NCBI GenBank assembly: GCA_977030845.1
Contig: OZ365115.1
Coordinates: 4,774,001 to 4,838,000 of the forward strand
DNA: 64,000 bases
Reading direction: 5' to 3'
DNA from: Fimbriosthenelais zetlandica
Taxonomy: Eukaryota
Shown in pieces: positions 13,101 to 25,400 of this stretch. Position 1 is the stretch's first letter. Each line of letters opens with the position of its first letter. The notes under the pieces were generated by a model. That model worked only from the letters and a program-made list of their open reading frames with translations. It did not search any database and was not told where the DNA came from. The position numbers were made by a program, and so were the translations under genes.

Positions 13101-14156
13101 AAGATAGGAATAAATTATTATTTTTAAATAGTGAAAGAGTTGTTCCTTCCTCAATTCTTAATATTCAGTTATTGTAAATTCACCGCCCAAATTAAGATTT
13201 TCATCCGTTCCAATATGAAGCAGAAGTAAAGTAAGTAAATATGAAGTAAGTAAAGATTAAAATTATTTGGTTGTAAGGTATTCCATTTATTTCCCATGAA
13301 AAACTAAAGGAAAACACCACACTAACTACAATTATGCAATCATTTGCAAACACAACACAAAATAAAACCATTTCTTCCAGTCTCGAATATCATCTAATCT
13401 CAAAGTTATCTTTTAGCACAAGCTTAATCATTTTATATATACATGTACGCGTATAAATTTCGGTTAAAATTAATTCCACCATTGGCAAGCAAAACACAAT
13501 AAAAAGACAATAAAAAGAATCCAATCTTGGAATATTAAAAGATTTTCCTATAACCTATATCATTTTCTGATGAAAAGATAGTTGGAATGTTTTTACATGA
13601 TTTACACATGTATTTAGTATAGGTTACACATACCTATACCAGCCTGAGGGTCAGGGACAATAGATTATTACATGTATAGTTTATACATGTCTATTTCATT
13701 TGCATAGATCACCGATATCACAGCATACTGTGGATAACATGTGGATTTTCTTGATCGTAATAATTCAAAAATAATAACAATTTGGTTTAAAAATTTACAA
13801 ATGACAAGACTAAAAATAGTCAGGTTTGAAGGGACCAAATTTCAGTATTTTCTATCTATTTCAATTATTGCAAGGCGTAGAATAACCTCCAAAGCAACGC
13901 AAATAGCGAACCAATGTAAAACGTTTCAAATCAGATTGAAAGGTTTTGTATTGCAAACATATAGACCTAAAATATATATGAACTACATGTACTTCTCACC
14001 AATTCTCCCAGAATATCATGTATGCAAATTGCACAAAATAGATTAGCATATTCAAATCAAATTCAAAGTTTTTCTGTTTCAAATATACAAACCTATAGTA
14101 TGTTTCTACTGCTAATCAATTTTCCCAAATTATATTACGCCTTGTATAGCTTATAT

Positions 14157-17100
14157 TTAGTAGATACTATTGATCTTTTTGGAGCTGGCGAGGTTGTCCA
14201 GTTTGAAGACCCAGGCCCACTGACAGGGCATCTGGTCAGTAGGGATGGGTAGAACCTTAATGTCCATACCTCCGCCTGGTCTCTTGGTGTAGGAGAATGT
14301 ACCAGAGTAGCCCAGTAGGCTGACTTTAGTGTTAGAGGTTGGGGTAGCAGCTCCCAGGGTAAGGACGGGTGAGGCCCACTTCAATACAATGGCGTAGACG
14401 GAGGTCCCACTGCTTGTCTTCTGAGAAGTGTACCTGAATTTCAATGAAAATTAATTGAAATTATAAACAAAAATAATTTGAAATGTATACCTGAATTTCA
14501 ATGAAAATTATTTGAAAATATTTTTAAAAATCAGATTTAGCCCTATGCTCTTTTATAATGCTGCCTCACTGAGGTATCACGTCGCAGGCACATGACATGA
14601 TACCTGACCCAGAAACCTTATCCTGACACCGGGTCGACCAGCCTTAGCATTGCCCTCTTATTGCTGAGTGCCAAGCGAGGGAGCCACCAGTCCAATTTTT
14701 AGTTTTGGGTTTAACCCGACCGCGGTTCGAACCGGCGACCTTTCACACACGGGGCAGACGCCCTAAAACATTAATTACTATCTTACCAGACGTCAGAGTT
14801 GATGGTGTCGTTCTGGTGGGTCCAGGGCTTGCTACTGTAGATGGCCTCGCCATTTACTTTCAGCCAGGAGCCCATCTGACGAAGTTTCTCCTCAAACACT
14901 GGAATGATGCGACCATCAGCCGTGGGTCCAATATTCATCAGCAGGTTCCCTCCACAGCTGATAACGAAGAGAACCACAACTTTTTGTTTAAAAATTTGGG
15001 TAAAACCAAGGATAGTAGTAAAACTGTACTTTAAGGGCCCTCGGTCGAAATCCAAGATGGCCGCCAAAGTCTCGGGACAAATCACATTTTAGGAATAGAT
15101 TTCTCTCTACTATATATATCAGACAGCTATATATCTTAGTGAAATCAAGTACATAAGATCAGATCTAACTAAGAAAAAACTTTATACCTAGTGTTCCGGT
15201 ACCGGAATGTGGTATAAAATAATTCATATTTACCTCACAGTTTCAGCCAGTTGTTTGACTAAGGCCTCTATGGTGAGGAAGTCAGTCAGTTGTGTATTTC
15301 GCCTGTAGCCCCAGGAGTGCTGGTCTATGGTCATGGCATTTTCCCATTTACGTTTCTGCAGTACACCTATGGGTGAAATTGGTAATTAACATAGTGCTTA
15401 ACATAATGATAAAGTAACTAACAAGATCAAAATAGTTAGGTGTAACGGGTTAATTTTTATTTCGCAAACTTGGCGAGTCATTTTCTTTTAGCAAAATAGC
15501 ATTTTCTTCGCAAATTTCGACAGTGCGATCGGATAGAGCGAGCCCAGACTTGTGGTTTCAACCTTAGAAATGTACAATTCTATGGTGGCACGGGAGATTG
15601 GGGATTACAAATGAAAGTATTGGGTCGTAAGTGGATCAGAGGTTTAAAACTTACCAGGGTTGTACTTGTCCGAGCAGGTAAAGTATCCCCCATGGTGACA
15701 TGCTGTACCAGACCCCCACCGGTCATTGGTCACTACCGTATCCTTCACTGGACTGAAATAATAAAAGGTTTAGGAGACATTTTCTCTTAACTCTTTAAGT
15801 TTGTTTAATGGGGTTTAACGTCACTTTATAAAATTATTCAGTTATATCATGATGGTGTCTATTTGTGACAGTGAGCCCTGTACTCCTTTATAGTGCTGCC
15901 TCACTGAGGTATCATGTCGCAGGCACATGACATGATACCTCACCCAGTCACATTATCCTGACACCAGGCCGACCAGTCATAGCACTGTCCTCTTATTTCC
16001 CCAATGTTAAGCGGCAAATCTGGTGAGCATAATGCATTCGATTCTTGCCATGCTTGCGAGATTCTGCAAGAAGTTCGCTTAAAATCATGATTCGCAAGTG
16101 CTTGCGATTTTATGCAAAGTCCAAAATGAGCACCCACCTGCTGTTATAGAGCCAGGCTAAGAACTCTGTACTGTTCCAGTAAACATCTGGCGCCTCCCAA
16201 TCTCCATCAGACCAGATCACTTCCGGTTTGTATTTCATAACGATTTCATAAAGCTCCGGCAAAGTTTTCGCCTGAAAGAGAAATCAATTTTCAAATTCAT
16301 GATATTATTTGAAATGTGTCGAAAGAACAGATTATTAAAATGTTAAAATTATGGATTTCTGAGAAAAGAGGCCTATGTTTGGATCATTGATATAATCTTG
16401 GGAAATTACAATCTTATCAGTTTTGGTATCTATTATCACTTCGTACAAGATAGTGGCCCATTTTATAAAAAAAAGATGCGATATATTAGGCAATGGTAAA
16501 ACTTTGAGCAAATAAATTACATCTGTTATATAACGCAACATGCCCATTTAATATTTCATCTTATCAAAAACGGATTATAATCATACAAGAATAATCTACG
16601 CTTTGGGTATCAATCATGAAATGGGGTGTGGTTCTTACCTTAACAAAACTGTTAGTCTTGTACTTGTTTCCCTTGTCAGCCAGATAGAGTGGATTGAACC
16701 ATTCAAACAATGAATGGTAAAGGCCAAAATGAATATCAGTTTTATTTCTAATGGCTGCCGCCAAATCTCCTGAAAATGGGAAACAGTGCGAAATTATCAA
16801 CAATGTGCTGAATTGATCATTAAATATAGCAAATCACTAAAATTATCACCAAATTCAGAACTACAATCGATTTGGAAAAAAAAACTAATAATACCAACCA
16901 ACAAGATCTCTCTTTGGGCCTACGTCCATGGAATTCCAGTTCCAGGAAACAGCAGAAGGCCAGTTGGTGAATCCTTCATGATGCTTGGATGTTAGCACAA
17001 CGTACCTAGAACATATTAATAAATTCATAAAATTAAAATCTCAGCCATAAATCTCATATCAAAAAGTGGGCGGGGCATTATCGTGCAGCTGTTATCGATT

Positions 17101-17758
17101 GGTATCGATTACAGAACGCCTCTCTTTTTTAAGTTCAATTCAAGGAGTGATAAATCATTAGATATCCAAAAGTTATATTGATGTTATTATCTCTGATAAG
17201 ACTAAGTATTTACAACTAAATATCGACCTCATACACATCTGGTCATCAAATAAAATGAGTAATTCACCAGTCGATGTGCAACGTGTAAATTTCAATCAAT
17301 GTACATGTAGCTTAGGTATACAGGCCTAGCCCTAGTTCGATGCCTAGGCTAATTAAAAATGAATAATTAATTAAATGCATTAATACTTACTTGGCTCCGG
17401 ATGCGGCCAAAATTTCTGCCCATTTCTCAGGATCGTAGAACTCTGCCTTGAAATCGCGGGCGAAATCGGCGTAGGTAAAATTTGGAGGGTAATTCTTGGT
17501 CATGAAGTTGATATAATCTTTGTTCTTCACCCCTTGCCAATTCCACCAGAACCACTCCGATCCAAAACTAGGCACAGAAAACACCCCCCAGTGCATGAAA
17601 ACACCAAACTTAGCTTCATCATACCAAGCGGGTAGAGGCCTACTGTCGATGGATTTCCAGTTGGGTTGATATTGAGAACTGACAAGTAAAAAACACGATA
17701 AAAGCAGCAGAATTCTGAAGGAACCGGGAGAGGCGTCTACCAGCGATGCGTCCGCCAT
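14157..17758 (-). CDS. FUCA: Alpha-L-fucosidase (GH29), 472 aa with signal peptide
   Basis: Exons 17758-17391, 17005-16899, 16769-16639, 16271-16138, 15752-15655, 15366-15234, 14957-14787, 14433-14157 total 1419 nt in frame. Motifs: [41 protein letters not shown] (nucleophile Asp), [34 protein letters not shown]. Cannot distinguish FUCA1 from FUCA2. Confidence 0.97.
14539..14766 (-). mobile_element. tRNA-headed SINE family A, in FUCA intron 7
   Basis: B-box GGTTCGAACC in the head; shared body GGCTCCCTCGCTTGGCACTCAGCAATAAGAG...GATACCTCAGTGAGGCAGCA; about 10 related copies in the window. Confidence 0.85.
15811..15997 (-). mobile_element. SINE family A, 5'-truncated, in FUCA intron 4
   Basis: Body and tail (…GATATAACTGAA…GTGACGTTAAACCC) match the other copies. 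Confidence 0.8.
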
Positions 17759-17775
17759 TTTGAATAACATGGAGA

Positions 17776-17798
17776 TCACATGATCGATTAGCACGTGA
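17776..17798 (-). promoter_or_regulatory. Tandem MiT/TFE-type E-boxes (TCACGTG and TCATGTGA) just upstream of the fucosidase ATG
   Basis: Minus strand reads ...gaTCACGTGctaatcgaTCATGTGAtc...aaaATGGCG; motifs at 17792-17798 and 17776-17783. Confidence 0.5.
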
Positions 17799-18059
17799 TC
17801 ATATGGAACGCTTCTCGCGGCGTCCGTAGTGAGGTGTGGCGCCACCGTAGCCTACAGCGCTTGGGAGGAGCGGGGGGAACTGGAACTTGCAGACCTATAG
17901 GAGGGATTAGGCTTAAATAGTTTGGTTGTGTTATAATTTCGGGTGATCGGAAGGAGCATTTTAATCGATTTTGGTAGCCGTGGTCTTCTAAATGTGCCCC
18001 GCCTCAATGGCGTTCAAGTGGGACGCCCATTCCCTAACCCTCCACCAGTACTGCTATTT

Positions 18060-18076
18060 GCCTCTAGGTGGCGCCA
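18060..18076 (+). promoter_or_regulatory. CTCF-like site
   Basis: GCCTCTAGGTGGCGCCA matches CCASYAGRKGGCRS at 13/14 positions. Confidence 0.5.
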
Positions 18077-18514
18077 TAAATCACTAGTACCAAACTTCCC
18101 CACCTGTCGCCATTGCCAATAATGCAACCAACCACCCCGACTACCTTTCCCCTCACACTGTCAGTCACCACATATTTAATGACTTATGTTGCTTAATAAA
18201 GATGAAAATATCAGATTTTATCTCGTTTACCAACTGTAAACAGATAAATTAATTAAATATTTATTTATTTTTGTTGGGTAAATCCAGTGAGTGTCATGGG
18301 GACTGGAGCACGTCTATGAGGGGAGCAGCTCCCCGCGTTTTTCATTATGTACCCCGCCGGCCGGCCCAGGCTGCCGCAGATGGCCTGCTAGTCAGCAGAT
18401 GCTCACCCCAAGCAGATGGAACCCGGACAGGCAGCTTCCCATCCACAATAACTTGCCAGACAATTTTCAGAAACAAATTCTTGTATGCTGTGAAAATTAT
18501 ATAAGATGTCCCAT

Positions 18515-18545
<31 letters not shown>

Positions 18546-20640
18546 AAAAGTACTAGGCTACTGCAGACCAAGTAGGCGAAGGCCTACATTATTTTATAGT
18601 AGAAAGATTTTCCACGCTTCGAAAAAAAGAATCCTCATTAAATATTTTAGGCTTAGTATAGTGAACACCATATCTGATTAGATCACCAATGAATGCTAAA
18701 CACGCTAGGCCTACATGTTCAGTCCAAGGTTCTTGAGGTGTCATATACGGTTCCCTCCTATTAGAGAAAAACTATAAATATAGTGAACATGTATTTTTCG
18801 GTCCCCAAAGTGTTTGTAAATAAAATTAGAAATAATGTTAAAATAAAAATGTAAAAAATCTTTTTTGCTGCTTTGCTTGGACAAAAATTGTGACTAATAT
18901 CAACTTTCTTCAGGAGCCAAAGTGTTTACTACAATACCGCAGCTAGGTTTAAATATTATTCCAAGTTATTCGGGAGAGGCTAAAGGTATAATCTGAAGGT
19001 CCCACCAACCAGCGGTGGTTTTGGCTTCAGCTATCGCTAGTTTATCCTGCCTTCCTCCTCCTCCCCTTCCTCCCCCATCCTCGGGCATCTCAGTGCTGTT
19101 CTCCTCTGGCTGTACCCATTACCGTATATCCTCAAAATACCACATTACCACCACTAAACCCCAACCTTATATTGAAGCTATTTTCTACTAAATTAATATT
19201 TTGAATACATATTATTATAATAATAATTTTTGAATGGGATGGCGGGTGTTATTGGTGTATTTGTAATGGGGAGGGGGGAGTTTAGGGGTGGTTTTACGGT
19301 ATCATTATGTTACCTCGCTGTCTACCGTTGGTTCAGGCCCTCCATCACCCGCGCTTCCCGCCTCAGCTGCAGCAGCAGCGCCCGGGGGCACTCCGACCCA
19401 ATGTGGGTCTCCATGCGTGGTCCTGATTCAAGGAGAAATTAACACTTTCAGATGCTAATCTCAAGAACAGGGAAATACCCGAAAAAGAAGCAACCCAAGT
19501 CATTGGACAATTTTTTCTGCCATATTTATGCCTAAATCTTAGCTTCATTTTTTCAAGAAATATGGCACTTTTTAGCAGGTAAAAATTCATGAAAATGGGT
19601 TTGAATTGATGGTTTGGAACAAGCAAGAGTGGAGTGAATGACTAATTCTTTGTTTAGCGTTCAGTCAGCAATAAGGTCAGCATTATGGTCACAATAATTC
19701 ACAATTTGTTCAAGCAATAATTAAAGGCAACCACCAAATCAGTGTAGGCGTAATATAGTAATTAAGAAGACTAATAATGCCTGGCCCCGCCTATTGGAAT
19801 AAGCATCAAAACCCACCTTGCTTCTGAGTTCCCCATCTACATGGGTCTTCCAGCTTGCAGCAGCAGCAGCGGCATCAAAACTGCTGCAACTGCATGGAGC
19901 AAGGCACAGGAGAGGGGAGCTGTGATCCTACCCCGACACACACACTCTCTCACCCTCTCTCTCTGTCTCTATCCTTCAATATATAAATACTACAACGTTA
20001 CACACATAAACATAGCTCTAGGAACACATGAGAGCACCTTCTTACTTCATATATTCGCCCCTTCTTTCCATCCATCCATCCCTCTTTGAGATATCTACTA
20101 AAGAATACAAGGATTGGGGCCACACTACACACTGGAGCTACCTCTATACTAGTTTTGTAGTCCACTCTCTATCTGCCTCTCCTCCTGGAAGGATTTAACC
20201 ATTGGGATTCCGGGAGAAGGAGGAAGGAGAACAAAAAGGCCAAGGAGGAAGAGAAAGTGATGGTGGAGAGAAGAAGGAGGAGGAAGGATGTAGGAGGAAA
20301 GAGTCCTGCCATTTGAAGGAATAATTATTCTCATTTCAAGCGAGGGACTACTAGTATAGATTCAGTGGAATCCCAAATCACTGCATGTCATTCCAACCAC
20401 CATGATCTGGATATAACACAGGTTGGTATAATGAATCTTTTTGCATATTAATTGTCATAATCTATTGTATTTTCATTTGGTTCATTTATTCCTTGTTTAA
20501 GTGATCATTTTCAGCCTATTTAGGTAGAAGGTAGATCCGTTTTAACCATTGACAACCCAGGATGTGAGGCTTGTTATTCCACAGTACCAGTGTGTGTATG
20601 GAAAAGCATGCACGCAGGAGGTGCCGGGGATAGGCTACTA

Positions 20641-20817
20641 CAGTAAACCCTCAAATAGTGAGCACCTCTGGTTAAACAACCTCTGAATTAGTGAACACTT
20701 TCTCAATGAGCCATTTACATGAGTTGTCTTTTATGACTCTTTTTGATTAGGCAACACTTCCCTAATAGTGAGCATTTTTGGTGCGTTCAAAGTGTTCATT
20801 ATATAGAGGTTTTATGA
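20641..20817. mobile_element. Tigger-like MITE, degenerate right end
   Basis: TA|CAGTAAACCCTC... and ...AGAGGTTTTA; repeated TAGTGAGCA/TAGTGAACA motifs; a fragment of the same motif lies in PUSL1 intron 5 (~11965-12012). Confidence 0.55.
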
Positions 20818-22309
20818 TATTTTTGTGTTTGGAAGTGAACGCACTTGAGTCACTCTCTATAGGATTTTGAGGACACGTTTGGGGTCGTGTCTATAGTTGA
20901 GTTATTATATTGAATGGCACGAGACAGGACTGAAATCGATCGAGACGGAAGTTTTGTAATGCAACGAAGCCCTTAAAATTTAATACAATTCATGTACACA
21001 TAATATGGAATGATTTCCTGGGATGAAATATAATATATTTACAAACAGGCCTACAAATATCTGTTTCGACGCAATTTTTATTTATCCCCCCCCCCTCCCC
21101 CACAATTTAAACAAATATTTTTGGAATATTGGAAAGGGAGTGGGCAGATTGACACCCATCCCATCCCATATCAGGAAAACTATCGGATAGAGAATCGGAT
21201 TAGTGTGTGATACTGTACTATGTAAAGTCTAAAGAGGGTGTATCCCTTGTTTTTTTCCCCAAAATGGAATTAGGTATCTACTGGGAGTTCATGACCTGTT
21301 TGTGGGGACAATTTCTTTGTCTAACCATAGCAGATTTGTTAGACGAAATCTACACAGGCCAAGGCTCCCACTGTTTAGGAAATGCTGGATCCGCCCCTCA
21401 AAAACGACACCCTGGGTTCAAGACGTTCACTGGGATCTTTGGTCAATGAAAATAGGACATGTTATAAATCAGAAATAAAACCATTTACCCTCTACATATA
21501 AGCACCCACCTATTTTTTAAATTGTTTATACTGATACAATTCGGCAAGGACGTTGGTTTTCGGTTTTACCAGGCAAGTGTAAAGGAACATGCGGATGAGA
21601 ATGATTATTAAGCTTCGGAAAGAAAGGGGGGGGGGGAAACAACAAACCCTTCCCCCCAACCTATAGATCTTTGAATAACACCCCCCCCCCCCCCCTGCCA
21701 AACGTCTTGTACCTAACACACTAACATACATCTAGGGCCATTTTATCAACAATTTGACTGGTAGAAAAGGTCATAGGAGGAGGCTGGAACTGTACAAGTA
21801 GATTTATTTAATGGTTATAATAAATTCAAAATTAATTTTCGATAAAGTGTTATGCAAGCCAGCAATAACACTTACAATGGGATTTTTAATGCCTGCTCTG
21901 AGAGTCTATTAGTATACTTTTGCTTTTCAAATATTCCCGATAACAAAATATATCTGGGCCCCATGTACTTTCCCAGGATGCTAACTCCTAATATATTATA
22001 CAATACCTCGTAAACCATATTAAATATTGTGCAATGCAATATGATGTAACTGCAAAATGCATTACCACTGCACAGAGGCTAAAGCTAGAAATAGCTGGCA
22101 AAAACCGAAATAGTGAACTGCATACGAGTTGATACAGGACTGGACCTGTGCAGTCGGGGGTGGGAGGAGTGGGGGTGTGGGGGGTTTCTCCGCAGTCTCC
22201 TGGGCAAAAATAGAGGTTGTGACTAGTGACTAGTTGGCTTGAGGGGTTATTTAGTGAGGCTGGGGCAGCTGGGAGTATGTCCTATACGTATAACCGTATA
22301 ACAGGTGTA

Positions 22310-22491
22310 CCGTACTTGCCGGTGTATAAGCCGCACTGCTGTATTAGCCGCACCCTCTGGTCGCTCAGGTTAAAATCCGTATATAAACCGCGGCTTTGTA
22401 CAGAGATCTATATAAAAATCGCGTCGTTGTATTAGCCGCAGGCCGAGATTTTTTGGGGAAACAATCGCGGCTTATACACAGGCAAATACGG
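22310..22491. mobile_element. Tc1/mariner(pogo)-type MITE
   Basis: TA|CCGTACTTGCCGGTGTATAAGCCGC ... GCGGCTTATACACAGGCAAATACGG|TA: ~25-bp TIRs and a TA duplication. Confidence 0.8.
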
Positions 22492-25400
22492 TACATGTAT
22501 CTGTGGCCAGGTATGTGGGTACTGGGCTAGCTCTTGTTTTAGGTTAGGTCAATTATACACTTTGTCTATTTTCATCTCATATTTGTGATATGTGAATCTA
22601 AAGTCTAAAAAATGAGTCTATTGTAGGGCAGATCACGAGAATTCCGATGATGTATGGTACATAGAGATGTGACAAATATTTATATTTTTAATACAATTTC
22701 AGAAAAAAAAGTATTGAAACCGGAAACCGGAGAAAATACCCATTTCCGACAATTTTCTGTGGAACTGAAAGAACTCTAGACTCATTTCATGAAAACATCA
22801 CATTCTGTTTGTTACCTTCATGAAATAGTAACAAATTTCGTGTAGAAACTTTCTTATTTCTATGGAAATAACATAACTAATATACTGGTACATCTGTCAA
22901 CTTATGATATACTGTTTAAAATGTGGAGAATAGTCTATTTATGTCCATGATGGGGGTGCATTTATTCTTATATCAGTTCTAGCCTGCATGCTTTCATATA
23001 AATATATCATGTATCGTAGAATAACCATACCCATAACTTATGAACTGGTAATTTTATATGGAACAGAATGTTAACAATTTTTATATTACTCCATATTTTA
23101 TGAATCATTCGCCGAATAAGTAAAATATTAAAACACATATTTCCTCCATTGTAAACCTACCTTTGATCTCTTAAAATTCCCATTCATGTATGTTGATGAA
23201 AGCGACCGGTATATATGTCAGTGCCCATGCATTTCATAATAGATAAAACAACAATAGATTATGCAATGGACTCCAGACTATTACGTCATTGTAATACTGA
23301 CAGTGGTCATTCATATGATGCTAATCTTTCGCTTTTACACCTTATTGAACGCGCAATATCTGGGCATGTATTATCACGTCTTCATAGCCCTTTGCCATTA
23401 TGAAACGATATTATGAAACAAGACTCCGCATATGGTGCACCCCCCTCATGGGGCCCGTTTCAGAAGAGCCAATGGACCATAATATTCCATAGACGTACCA
23501 TTTGGTTAGTTTAGGATATTTCTTTTATGAAACATCCCCCTTAACTAAGCCTCTGGTACAATGCACGTGTTTAATATAAGTTATCTACATGCATGTACGC
23601 AGCAAAGCACCTTGAAATCCAACATCCGTTGCAGTTATTTCGCTCACTGCCGTTGCAGAGGATATAATTAGAAAAGCACGAGTGTTCTTACTTCTTACTG
23701 AATTTTTTGGAATTTATTACCAGGATTCATTTTACGAACGCAGTTAAAAAGAAGAAAAGTGATTTTTGGGTCAGTCGTACAGTACGTGGACTGTGGATGT
23801 ATACTTGAGGTAAAATCAACTTAACTTTATTTAAAATGGTTATCTTTGAGAGGTGACATTTTTGACACATATAATTAATTGTTCGTACTCATAAGTTGCC
23901 AGCCAAGTAAAAGGTAGGCATGAATTAATCCATCAGCAAAAATATTTAAACTGAGGGGTTTCGGTAGGATATTTAGGATGGGAGAGGGTCAGGGGAGCTA
24001 GCTAGGGGATGGTAGGGAATGGGAAAGCTTCGGGATAGATGGTAGGGGAAAGGAAGAGGAAAGGGAAGGTGGAGGAAGGAAATGGGGAAAGAGGAGGAGA
24101 TAGGGAAGCAGGAAAAAGGGGATGAGGAAAGGTGAGGTCTTGGTGAAGGGGATGGGGAAAAGGGAAGGGCTTGGGGATGGGGAGAAGTTAGGGGAGGCGA
24201 TGGGGAAAGGGCTAGGGAGTTGGGGAGGGGATGGGGAAAGTGGGGAGGAGTTGGGGAAGGGGATGGTAAAAGGGGAAGGGGATGGGGGAAAGGTGAGGAG
24301 TTAGGGAAAGGGAAGGTGAACTTGCAAGCTTGTAAAGTTGAGAAGGAATCTTACATTTCCCATGAGAAAGCTGACTATTCTACCTGTACATTCTATAGGT
24401 GATCGTGTTACTCTGGTCGGGCGATAATGAAGGTATTTCTCAGGTTGCCTCACCCTCCCCGAAGAAACCTCCACCTGTACAACATAAGATCATATCAGTG
24501 GAAGACGGCCTTTATGCTAATTTCTTACTTTTTAACAACCTTTTTTACTGCGAAAACACTAGTGTGTCGTGGGTGTATCGCACCGGAAGTGCAAGGCCTT
24601 TGCGATTACAATTTATAACCGTCTCGGCAGCTGGGACTTGTCTCATAGCCAATGGTGGTTATGGAACAGGCCCCTGGGGTAATTTCTTATGCAAAGACGG
24701 CATGTTTCGGACCAGTATATAGGGCCCTTAATTTAAAACAACTGAGGTCTTAAGCGTCTCAAAATTGAAATCTTACAATCAAAATGAGAAAAACTTAAAA
24801 ATTAGTAACTTCTTCACGATAATTACAGGATAAAAACTCAAAGATTCTATTATTTAAACAAAAACGTTAAAATGAGTCAACGTCATCAATAGATCCAACT
24901 TCTAGAGAGTTAATTTATTTTTAAAGGACATCCAAATAAATGCTTTTAAAATATAAATTGTTCTCTATAAAATTAAGAGATAAATATGCGTGGGAATGCC
25001 AAGAAAAAATGAAGTTTTCTTTAGGTGAGTTGTTTGAATTTAACCAGCCCCCTCTCCATCCCTTCCCCTTTGCTTCCATAAGAACCCCCCCCCCCCCCCC
25101 ACCCCAAGCCCTGTTTACAATGGTCTCCTCCCGCAGTATTCAGCTGTTCCAGCTGCCATGGAGAAGCAGCAGTCAAGTACTGCAGTCAAAGCCATGTCAA
25201 CTTAAACCCCCCTGTGGGGCACTCACAACCAACTTGGAAACCCATACAGTCGTTCTCCATTTTCAAATCAGACCTTTTTCAAATTGACCATATGTTTCCA
25301 TTTTCCTTTTAATTCAAGGAGATATTGCTTGGTTGAAATGAGGAAGGGAGATAGTAGGTCAGAAGTGGCGTTACAAGTCACAATAGAGTTTTCTAGAACG

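Noticed and set aside
14700-14766. tRNA gene (GGTTCGAACC)
   Set aside because: It is the tRNA-derived head of SINE-A; no cloverleaf. The same applies to the other B-box hits.
17759-17845. Longer FUCA N-terminus from the ORF track start at 17845
   Set aside because: It would bury the signal peptide; the ATG at 17758 has a good context (AAAATGGCG) and gives a family-typical length.
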